A stretch of DNA of 64,000 nt from an uncultured Candidatus Saccharibacteria bacterium (GTDB taxonomy: Bacteria > Patescibacteriota > Minisyncoccia > Minisyncoccales > CAZKCU01), in NCBI GenBank assembly GCA_964431915.1, contig CAYSLI010000001.1, forward strand, positions 47,240 through 111,239. Direction: 5' to 3'. The position numbers and the translations under genes are program-made. Numbering within the stretch: the first letter of the stretch is position 1; each line of letters begins with the position of its first letter. Below the pieces are notes generated by a model that had not been told where the DNA came from, ran no database searches, and saw only the letters and a list, made by a program, of their open reading frames with translations. Below are positions 50,870 through 58,044 of this stretch, in pieces.

Positions 50870-51480
50870 TGAATCAAAAAGATACCTCATTAAAAAAAGA
50901 GGCCGATAGGCTGATGCAGATTAAGGGAAATTCAAGGGGAGAGATATTGCGTACCCATGCTGTCTATATCTCCTATAGAAAAGGAGAGGAAGGGGTGAGG
51001 CTAGTTGAAAAAAAGATGGAAGAATTGGGTTATCCTTTAAAGTTCAAGGGAATTCGTCCTTTGGGATGGTATCCGGAAGCTTTAAGCGTTTTAGTTGTTC
51101 TTGTAGCTAAGGAAATTTTTAAATGGGAAGATTCTGATATTTTTGACATGGGAAATTCTGCTCCAAAATATTCTTTTATTGTTAAACTATTAATGAAATA
51201 TTTTATTTCTCCCAGGAGATGTTTTGAAGAGAGCTCAAACTATTGGCGAAAACATTTTGACTTCGGGGAGGTGGAAGCTTCCGAGCTTTCAGAGAAAGAA
51301 AAATATCTAGTAGTTCGGGTGAAAGGATATAAGTTTCATCCTATAATATGTAATTTTCACGCCGGTTATTTTCTAAGAATCGCTCAATTCGTCATTAAAA
51401 GCGAAAAAACAACCATCCAAGAAACTAGATGTGTCTACAAAGGCGATCCTTATCATGAGTATGTGATAAGATGGGAATAG
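50866..51480 (+). CDS. cytoplasmic protein of unknown function, tentatively a V4R/DUF2378-like ligand-binding module
   Basis: 204 aa. C-terminal pattern ...ICNFHAGYF...IQETRCVYKGDPYHEYVIRW resembles V4R-type C..G...E..C..G...C.F.I endings. Translationally coupled to its neighbours. Weak call. Confidence 0.35.
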   Translation: MMNQKDTSLKKEADRLMQIKGNSRGEILRTHAVYISYRKGEEGVRLVEKKMEELGYPLKFKGIRPLGWYPEALSVLVVLVAKEIFKWEDSDIFDMGNSAPKYSFIVKLLMKYFISPRRCFEESSNYWRKHFDFGEVEASELSEKEKYLVVRVKGYKFHPIICNFHAGYFLRIAQFVIKSEKTTIQETRCVYKGDPYHEYVIRWE

Positions 51481-51483
51481 TTT

Positions 51484-53094
51484 ATGCCTGAAAAAAGATT
51501 ATCCTTAGAATTAGAGTATCAAAAGACCAGAGAAGATTTAGAGAGTTTGGAAAGGTATATTGAGGAGTTCTCTGAGTTCCTGCCTCTGCCGGTTTTTATA
51601 GTTAATCCGGCAGATGTTATTATTGGCATTAATCGGGCCTTCCAAGATTTGACCCGTTATAATGAGATGGAAATAGTAGGAAAGGAAACAAACTTTTTAT
51701 TTTTAGAGAAAAGAAAAGTTAAGACTTTAGAAGAAGAAATTCTTAGCAAAAAGAAACGAATTATCAGAGAAATGACACTTTTAACAAAGGATGGAAAAAA
51801 AATCCCAGTTAATGTTTCTGGTCAATTCAGAAGAGACGAGGAAGGAAATTTAATAGGATATTTTTTTGCTCTTTTTAATATCAGCGCATTAAAAAAATTT
51901 CAGGAGGAACTTGAAAAAAAAGTAAGAGAAAAAACTAAAGAACTGGTAGGAAAGACTAAAGGCTTAGAGGCTTCGGGTAAAGCTTTGTTGAATATTTTGG
52001 AAGATATAAAGGAAGCTTTGAGCAAGACAGAGGAAGAGAAAAATAAGACCCAGGCAATAATTACCAATTTTACTGATGGATTATTTCTTTTTGACGAGAA
52101 AAGCAATTTGCTTTTAGTTAATCCTCAGGCAGAAGTTTTTTTTAAGATTGGAGCCAAAGATTTAATAAATAGGCCAATTTTAGAATTAAGTAATATCCCT
52201 GCTCTTGCCTCTTTGGCGAAGCTTTTAGGACCAGAAATTAAAGGAATTTTTAGAAAAGAATTTCAAACCAAAGAAGATTTAGTTTTAGAAGTTTCTACTA
52301 TTCCTATAATGAGAAAAGAGGAGAAATTAGGAACTCTGGTTATTTTACACGATGTTACCAGGGAAAAGAGGATAGAGAGAATGAAAACTGAGTTTGTTTC
52401 TATAGCCGCTCATCAGCTGAGGACTCCCTTGTCTGCAATAAAATGGACTTTGAGAATGCTTCTTGATGGAGACCTTGGCGAAACAACCAAAGAACAGAGA
52501 AACTTTATTGAAAAAACTTACGGTTCTAATGAAAGGATGATTACTTTAATTAACGACCTTTTAAATGTAAACAGGATTGAAGAGGGAAGATATCTTTATA
52601 AACCAAGCCGGGCTGATATTGAGGTAGTGACCCAATTTGTGGTAAACTCTTATAAAGAAGAGAGCAAAAAAAGAGGGATAAAAATTGACTTTAAAAAGCC
52701 AAAAAAGAAAATGCCATTAGTTTCGATTGATGTTGAAAAAATGAGGCTGGCCGTTCAAAACATTCTTGATAATGCTGTAAGGTATACCCCGGTCGGCGGG
52801 AAGGTGACAGTTTCTTTAAAACGTGCTAAAGAGGAAATAGAGATTTCTATAAAAGATACTGGGGTGGGGATTCCAAAAGACCAAAAGGCGCGAGTATTTA
52901 CCAAGTTTTTCCGAGCAGCCAATGTAATGAGAATGGAAACCGAAGGTTCCGGTCTAGGTCTTTTCATTGCTAAAAACATTATTGAAGCCCATGGCGGAAA
53001 AATTTGGTTTGAATCTGAAGAGAATAAAGGCTCAACCTTTCATTTTACTTTACCCATTAAAGAGGAATTTGGAGAATTTTTAAAAACAGGGTAA
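51484..53094 (+). CDS. PAS-domain sensor histidine kinase (cytoplasmic)
   Basis: PAS regions, HisKA H-box ([16 protein letters not shown]), and HATPase N, G1, G2 boxes (NAVRYT, KDTGVGI, GSGLGL). Confidence 0.9.
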   Translation: MPEKRLSLELEYQKTREDLESLERYIEEFSEFLPLPVFIVNPADVIIGINRAFQDLTRYNEMEIVGKETNFLFLEKRKVKTLEEEILSKKKRIIREMTLLTKDGKKIPVNVSGQFRRDEEGNLIGYFFALFNISALKKFQEELEKKVREKTKELVGKTKGLEASGKALLNILEDIKEALSKTEEEKNKTQAIITNFTDGLFLFDEKSNLLLVNPQAEVFFKIGAKDLINRPILELSNIPALASLAKLLGPEIKGIFRKEFQTKEDLVLEVSTIPIMRKEEKLGTLVILHDVTREKRIERMKTEFVSIAAHQLRTPLSAIKWTLRMLLDGDLGETTKEQRNFIEKTYGSNERMITLINDLLNVNRIEEGRYLYKPSRADIEVVTQFVVNSYKEESKKRGIKIDFKKPKKKMPLVSIDVEKMRLAVQNILDNAVRYTPVGGKVTVSLKRAKEEIEISIKDTGVGIPKDQKARVFTKFFRAANVMRMETEGSGLGLFIAKNIIEAHGGKIWFESEENKGSTFHFTLPIKEEFGEFLKTG

Positions 53095-53103
53095 AATAAC
53101 AAT

Positions 53104-53472
53104 ATGGCAAAGAAAATTTTGCTAATAGAAGACGAAGAGATTATGGTTAACCTTCTCCAGAGGAAACTAACTGCTGAGGGATACGAAACTTCAGTGGCTA
53201 GAGACGGGCAAGAGGGGATGGAAAAAATGAAAGAGGCGAAACCCGACCTTATTCTTCTTGATATTATTATGCCAAAGATGGGAGGCTTTGAAGTAATGGA
53301 AGAGATGAAGGGAGACGGAGAGCTGAAGAAAATTCCAGTGATCGTCATATCTAATTCTGGTCAGCCAGTGGAAATTGATAAAGCTCAGACCTTAGGAGCG
53401 AAAGATTGGCTGATTAAAACCGAATTTGACCCCCAAGAGGTAATTAATAAAGTAAAAAAACAAATAGGATAA
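53104..53472 (+). CDS. single-domain response regulator (CheY-like receiver)
   Basis: EDE acidic pocket, phospho-acceptor DLILLDIIMP, conserved S/T and K (VISNS..., DWLIKT). Confidence 0.9.
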   Translation: MAKKILLIEDEEIMVNLLQRKLTAEGYETSVARDGQEGMEKMKEAKPDLILLDIIMPKMGGFEVMEEMKGDGELKKIPVIVISNSGQPVEIDKAQTLGAKDWLIKTEFDPQEVINKVKKQIG

Positions 53473-53479
53473 GTATAAT

Positions 53480-53531
53480 CCGAATACTACGAATTCGTTG
53501 CATTCGCATATCATTCGTAGATTCGCATTAT
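53480..53531 (+). repeat. ATTCGCA/ATTCGTA heptamer-type leader motif, copy 1 (immediately upstream of the second receiver gene)
   Basis: ...GCATTCGCATATCATTCGTAGATTCGCATTAT, then TTT and ATG. Near-identical 32-nt core recurs at 59771-59802. Contains the inverted pair CTACGAAT/ATTCGTAG. Confidence 0.8.
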
Positions 53532-53534
53532 TTT

Positions 53535-53903
53535 ATGACAAAAACAATCTTAGTCGTTGAGGATGATAAATTTTTAAGAGAATTAATTGTTCGGAAACTC
53601 AAGGAAGAGAATTTCAATATTACAGAAGCAATTGATGGTGAAGAGGGGATAAAAAAAATAAAAGAAGAGAAGCCGGATTTAGTTTTGCTTGATTTAATTT
53701 TGCCGGGGATTGATGGATTTGAAGTTTTATCAAAAATGAAAGAAGACATGTCTTTGGCTCAGATTCCAGTAATTATTCTTTCCAATCTCGGCCAGAAAGA
53801 TGATGTGGAAAGGGGACTTAAATTAGGAGCAGTTGATTATTTGATTAAAGCCCACTTCACTCCCGGAGAAATTATCGAGAAGGTAAAGGATGCCCTAAAG
53901 TAA
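53535..53903 (+). CDS. single-domain response regulator (CheY-like receiver), second copy
   Basis: EDD pocket, DLVLLDLILP phospho-acceptor, ILSNL, DYLIKA. Confidence 0.9.
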   Translation: MTKTILVVEDDKFLRELIVRKLKEENFNITEAIDGEEGIKKIKEEKPDLVLLDLILPGIDGFEVLSKMKEDMSLAQIPVIILSNLGQKDDVERGLKLGAVDYLIKAHFTPGEIIEKVKDALK

Positions 53904-53982
53904 CCAATAACCAAGAAACAAGATACAAACAATATCCAATCACCAATAATCAATAACCAAATGTTTGGTTATTGTATCTTGT
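53902..53982 (+). repeat. CAATAAC-type heptamer array (about 9 units) whose 3' part folds back as an imperfect palindrome
   Basis: aaccaat aaccaag aaacaag atacaaa caatatc caatcac caataat caataac caaatg. CAATAACCAAA-TG-TTTGGTTATTG is a perfect hairpin, extended by ACAAGATAC/GTATCTTGT. Confidence 0.85.
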
Positions 53983-54014
53983 ATCCTTGCCTCTTCTTTT
54001 GCGAAGCAAAAGCT

Positions 54015-54890
54015 ATGCCCGAACTCCCCGAAGTAGAAACAACAATAAGAGATTTAAATAAAAAGGTCCTTAACAGGACTTTTATTGATGCTTGGACCGA
54101 TTTCCCCAAGATAGCAAGAAAACCCGAAGATTTCGAGCAACTTAAAAAAGAAATCATGGGTAAGAAAATTCAAAAAATCTGGCGAAGAGGGAAAAATATT
54201 ATTTTTAATTTATCAAAGAACCGCTCTTTGTTAATTCATCAAAAATTAACTGGCCACTTACTCCTGGGTAAGTGGGAATTCAGCGAGGGGAAATGGATTT
54301 CTCCTGCCGGACCCCTGGCGGAGAAAATTAATACCTATATTCATTTATTATTTACCTTAGATAATGGTCAAATGTTGGCTCTGTCAGATTTAAGAAAATT
54401 TGCCAAGGTCGAACTTTGGGACAATGAAGGACTTAAAAAGGAATTATGTTCTTTCGGCCCGGAACCCTTAGAAAAAGATTTTACTTTTGAAAAATTTAAA
54501 GCCTGTTTTAAAAAGAAAAGAGGTAAGATAAAGCAAGTTTTAATGGACCAAACTGTCATTGCTGGGATTGGCAATATTTTCTCTGATGAAATTTTGTGGC
54601 AGGCGAAAGTTTATCCCTTAAAAGATGTTTCAAAATTAACTGATGAGGAATTGAAAGAAATTTATCAGGCAATGAGAGAAATTTTAACAAAGGCAATTAA
54701 ACTTGGTGGAGAAAGTATTTCTGATTTCCGGAGGATTTCTGGAGAAAGAGGATACTTTGACAAGGAAAGAAAAGTTTATCGCCGAGAAGGAGAGCCCTGT
54801 CCGCATTGCGGCACAAAAATAAAAAGGGTAAAATTAGGGGGCAGAAGTGTCCATTACTGCCCTAGTTGTCAAAGGGCGAAGAGGACTTAG
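54015..54890 (+). CDS. mutM: formamidopyrimidine-DNA glycosylase (Fpg/MutM)
   Basis: MPELPEVET N-terminus (catalytic Pro2), H2TH region, C-terminal zinc finger CPHCGxxI...CPSCQ. The ATG 53961 extension is rejected. The last 5 codons and the stop lie in repeat copy B. Confidence 0.9.
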   Translation: MPELPEVETTIRDLNKKVLNRTFIDAWTDFPKIARKPEDFEQLKKEIMGKKIQKIWRRGKNIIFNLSKNRSLLIHQKLTGHLLLGKWEFSEGKWISPAGPLAEKINTYIHLLFTLDNGQMLALSDLRKFAKVELWDNEGLKKELCSFGPEPLEKDFTFEKFKACFKKKRGKIKQVLMDQTVIAGIGNIFSDEILWQAKVYPLKDVSKLTDEELKEIYQAMREILTKAIKLGGESISDFRRISGERGYFDKERKVYRREGEPCPHCGTKIKRVKLGGRSVHYCPSCQRAKRT

Positions 54891-54935
54891 TCATCTTCTT
54901 TACCTTCGCTTCCACAAATGGAAGCTCGGTCTATG
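54873..54935 (+). repeat. GC-rich hairpin repeat element, copy B (long form), spanning the fpg stop codon to the holA start codon
   Basis: AGGGCGAAGAGGACTTAGTCATCTTCTTTACCTTCGCTTCCACAAATGGAAGCTCGGTCTATG. Aligns end to end with copy A. Confidence 0.85.
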
Positions 54936-55880
54936 ATTATCTTTCTTTATGGACCTGATACTTACAGGTCTCAGCAAAAGTTGAATGAGATAATTGAGCA
55001 CTACAAAAAAACTTCCCAAAAAGGATTGAATTTTAAGTATTTTGATTTCAAAAAAGACAGCTACCAGGAGTTTAAAGATGAGTGTCAGACAATTTCAATG
55101 TTTGAAGGGAAAAAATTGATGGTTTTAAAAAACGCTTTTTCTAATAAAGAGTTTAAAAGAAAATTTTTAGAAAATTCTAAGAAATTCATAAATTTAGAAG
55201 ATATAATTTTATTCTATGAAGAAGATGACTTTTCTAAAAATGACGCCTTATTTAATTTTCTAAAAAAACAGGCAAAATTTCAGGAATTTAAACTTTTGGA
55301 AAGCCAAAAATTAAAAAACTGGGTTAAAAAGGAATTTGAAAAATATCAGTGCCAGGTTTCAGATAGAGCTTTGGGAAAGTTAATTGAATTTACAGGGAAT
55401 GACCTTTGGCAGATTACCAATGAAATTAAAAAACTGGTTTCTTATAAGAAGAAACAAGAAATTGGAGAAGAAGATGTTGAACTTTTAGTTAAGCCAAAAA
55501 TTGAAACCGATATTTTTAAAACTATCGATGCTATATCTTCAGGAAATAAAAAGCAGGCTCTTTTTTTAATTCACAGACACTTAGAAAAAGGGGATTCACC
55601 CTTGTATCTTCTTTCAATGATAAATTTTCAGTTCCGGAACTTACTTTTGGTAAAATCATCTGAATTAAAAGGTGAATTGTATCTGAACAACATGCGAATA
55701 CTTAGTAGAAAACTAAAGTTACATCCTTATGTAATAAGAAAATCAACTCAACAAGCTAAAAGGTTTACGATTGATGAACTAAAAAAAATCTACCAAAAAA
55801 TTTTTCAGGCAGATTTGAATATAAAAACTGGGAAAATAGACCCTCAGACAGCCTTAGACTTACTAATTGCCGAGATATAG
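54933..55880 (+). CDS. holA: DNA polymerase III delta subunit (HolA)
   Basis: IIFLYGPDTYRSxQKLxEI N-terminus and a three-domain ~315 aa layout typical of HolA. The upstream in-frame ATG 54918 (MEARS) is contributed by the repeat element. Confidence 0.78.
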   Translation: MIIFLYGPDTYRSQQKLNEIIEHYKKTSQKGLNFKYFDFKKDSYQEFKDECQTISMFEGKKLMVLKNAFSNKEFKRKFLENSKKFINLEDIILFYEEDDFSKNDALFNFLKKQAKFQEFKLLESQKLKNWVKKEFEKYQCQVSDRALGKLIEFTGNDLWQITNEIKKLVSYKKKQEIGEEDVELLVKPKIETDIFKTIDAISSGNKKQALFLIHRHLEKGDSPLYLLSMINFQFRNLLLVKSSELKGELYLNNMRILSRKLKLHPYVIRKSTQQAKRFTIDELKKIYQKIFQADLNIKTGKIDPQTALDLLIAEI

Positions 55881-55893
55881 TCATTCCTTTTTT

Positions 55894-56154
55894 TTAGGAT
55901 TTATTTATTGACTTAGTTGTCCTTGCTTTTTTTCTATCTGCAGTGTTTTTTTTAATTAATCCAGTTTTTGCTGCTTTGTCTAATAATTTATAAACTTTGG
56001 GTAAAAGATTTTTTGCTTCTTTAATTTTTTTCTGAGAAATTAGATCTTTAACCTCTTTTAAGAGGTTTTTTATTATTTTTTTCTTTTGTATGTTTCGCTC
56101 CCTTCTTTTTAAATTTTGCCTGAGCGCTTTTTTAGCCGATTTAGTAATTGCCAT
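55894..56154 (-). CDS. rpsT: 30S ribosomal protein S20
   Basis: MAITKSAKKALRQNxKRRxRN canonical S20 N-terminus. 86 aa, basic. Confidence 0.93.
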   Translation of the reverse strand: MAITKSAKKALRQNLKRRERNIQKKKIIKNLLKEVKDLISQKKIKEAKNLLPKVYKLLDKAAKTGLIKKNTADRKKARTTKSINKS

Positions 56155-56178
56155 ATTCCTTGCTTCACTCGGTCAAGT

Positions 56179-56206
56179 GCAAAATTCAAAATGAAAAATG
56201 CAAAAT
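56179..56206 (+). repeat. heptamer repeat (GCAAAAT TCAAAAT GAAAAAT GCAAAAT) in the rpsT upstream/leader region
   Basis: Four 7-mers read directly, 25-52 nt upstream of the rpsT ATG (on the opposite strand). Confidence 0.85.
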
Positions 56207-56282
56207 GACAGAGAAAAATTTAAAGTTGAATTATAAATATAACATAGCAAATAAAAAACATTTTTACAAGAAAAGAGATTCT

Positions 56283-56322
56283 AAAAAAATTACCCCTCTT
56301 GGCAAGAATTCCAAAGAGGGGT
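56283..56322 (-). terminator. orphan terminator-like hairpin (minus-strand sense) in the rpsT / Mur-ligase divergent spacer
   Basis: ACCCCTCTTGG-CAAGAATT-CCAAAGAGGGGT (11 bp, one bulge), followed on the minus strand by AATTTTTTT. No annotated minus-strand gene lies upstream of it. Confidence 0.4.
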
Positions 56323-56422
56323 CTTTAATTCATTTTTTTCAATTGCCTGGGGTTGGTCACCGGTCGCTTTAAATTTAGAGACTAATTTGAACATATCCTA
56401 TTTTTAGGTAAAATAGATAGAT

Positions 56423-57616
56423 ATGAAGGAATTATTTAAAAAGTTTATTCCTTCCTTCTTGCTGAGTTGGTATCATTATATTTTAGCCTTTTTTGGGGCA
56501 ATTTTCTATTTTTTTCCCTCCAAGAAACTAAAAATAATTGGGGTGACCGGGACAAATGGGAAGACAACCACGACTGAAATGATCTCAAGGATTTTAGAAG
56601 AAGCTGGCTACAAAGTGGCGTTAATGAATTCAATTAGATTTAAAATTGACGATAGGGAAGAGCCAAATCTCTTAAAGATGACAATGCCCGGACGTTTCAA
56701 GCTTCAGAGATTTCTAAGACAAGCAGTAAGCTCTGGGTCAAAGTACGCAGTTTTGGAGGTGACGTCTGAAGGAATAAAGCAGTACCGGCATAAATTCATT
56801 AATTTTGAGGTAGCAGTTTTTACAAATTTAAGCCCAGAACACATTGAAGCTCATGGTAGTTTTGAAAATTATCGAAAAGCTAAAGGAAAGCTTTTTAAAA
56901 TAACCAAAGGGGTTCATATTATAGACTTAGACGATGAAAACGCGGAATATTTTTTGAGATTTCCAGCAAAGAAAAAATATAGCTACGGATTAAATAAAGG
57001 AGATATTAATAACAAAGATATCCAATTTAAACTTCGGTTGATAGGTGATTTTAATATTTATAATGCATTAGCCGCAACTTGCGTTGGGATTTCGCAGGGG
57101 ATTAATTTAGAGATTTGTAAAAAAGTATTAGAGGCAGCTGGCGGCATTCCAGGTAGAATGGAAGAAGTGATTTCAAGCCCCTTTAAAGTTTTTGTTGATT
57201 ATGCTTTTACCCCCAATGCTTTAGAAAAAGTTTATCAAACCCTGAAACCAAAAAACGCAAAAATGGTGTGCGTGCTTGGTGCTTGTGGGGGAGGCCGAGA
57301 TAAATGGAAAAGACCGGTTTTAGGGAAATTGGCGGCAAAATATTGTCAGGAAATAATTGTTACTAATGAGGACCCTTATGACGAAAATCCAATGGAAATC
57401 ATGAATCAAGTTGCTGATGGGACTAGAGAAATGGCAATAAAAATATTAGATAGAAGAGGGGCGATTAGAAAATCGTTGGAATTAGCCAAACCAAATAATG
57501 TAGTGGTTATTACTGGTAAAGGCTGTGAGCCCTGGATTTGTGTAAAAGGGGGCAAAAAAATACCGTGGGATGATAGGAGAGCTGTTCGAGAAGAATTTAA
57601 AAAACTAAATTTATGA
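56423..57616 (+). CDS. Mur ligase family protein (MurE-like; lacks the usual N-terminal domain and has a hydrophobic N-terminus)
   Basis: GVTGTNGKTTT P-loop, central domain, C-terminal domain (NEDPYDE, ITGKG). Substrate not assignable by eye. Confidence 0.72.
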   Translation: MKELFKKFIPSFLLSWYHYILAFFGAIFYFFPSKKLKIIGVTGTNGKTTTTEMISRILEEAGYKVALMNSIRFKIDDREEPNLLKMTMPGRFKLQRFLRQAVSSGSKYAVLEVTSEGIKQYRHKFINFEVAVFTNLSPEHIEAHGSFENYRKAKGKLFKITKGVHIIDLDDENAEYFLRFPAKKKYSYGLNKGDINNKDIQFKLRLIGDFNIYNALAATCVGISQGINLEICKKVLEAAGGIPGRMEEVISSPFKVFVDYAFTPNALEKVYQTLKPKNAKMVCVLGACGGGRDKWKRPVLGKLAAKYCQEIIVTNEDPYDENPMEIMNQVADGTREMAIKILDRRGAIRKSLELAKPNNVVVITGKGCEPWICVKGGKKIPWDDRRAVREEFKKLNL

Positions 57617-58017
57617 AAAAATATGAAATTTTGGAACATAAAGCCGACTTAAAAATTAAAGCTTTCGGGAAAAACAAAGGAGAACTTTTTGAGAATGCGA
57701 TGTTCGGAATGTTTAAAGGAGCAAGATACGAGAGCGAGAGGGAAGGAATAAAAAGGGAAATTAAAATAAGCTCTCCTGAGTTATCTTCTCTTTTAGTTGA
57801 TTTTCTGAGTGAAGTTTTATACTTGTGCGAGACAAATAAAGAAGTTTATCAAGAGATTCAATTTGAAAATCTTACAGAAAAGGAATTAAAGGGTACTTTA
57901 ATCGGAAAAGAACTAAAAAGAATGGGAGTTCATATAAAAGCCGTAACCTACCATAATTTAGATGTTCACCAAAGGGAGGATAAAACTTGGGAGGCGACCG
58001 TTCTCTTTGATATTTGA
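57613..58017 (+). CDS. archease (RtcB activator)
   Basis: YEILEHKADLKIKAFG...ELFENA...KAVTYHNLDV... matches the archease pattern. Overlaps the upstream gene by 4 nt and precedes rtcB. Confidence 0.85.
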   Translation: MKKYEILEHKADLKIKAFGKNKGELFENAMFGMFKGARYESEREGIKREIKISSPELSSLLVDFLSEVLYLCETNKEVYQEIQFENLTEKELKGTLIGKELKRMGVHIKAVTYHNLDVHQREDKTWEATVLFDI

Positions 58018-58044
58018 AGAATTTAAGTAAGATAAAAAATTAAT

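Noticed and set aside
53961-54014. N-terminal extension of Fpg (MFGYCILYPCLFFCEAKA-) used by the ORF track
   Set aside because: Fpg uses the N-terminal Pro (after Met removal) as its catalytic nucleophile. MPELPEVET starts at ATG 54015. The extension is encoded by the heptamer/palindrome repeat and is hydrophobic junk.
56148-56372. 74-aa plus-strand ORF in the rpsT / Mur-ligase spacer
   Set aside because: It starts inside the rpsT 5' end, runs through a heptamer repeat and a strong hairpin, and has Lys/Asn-rich AT-driven composition with no RBS. It is likely spurious.
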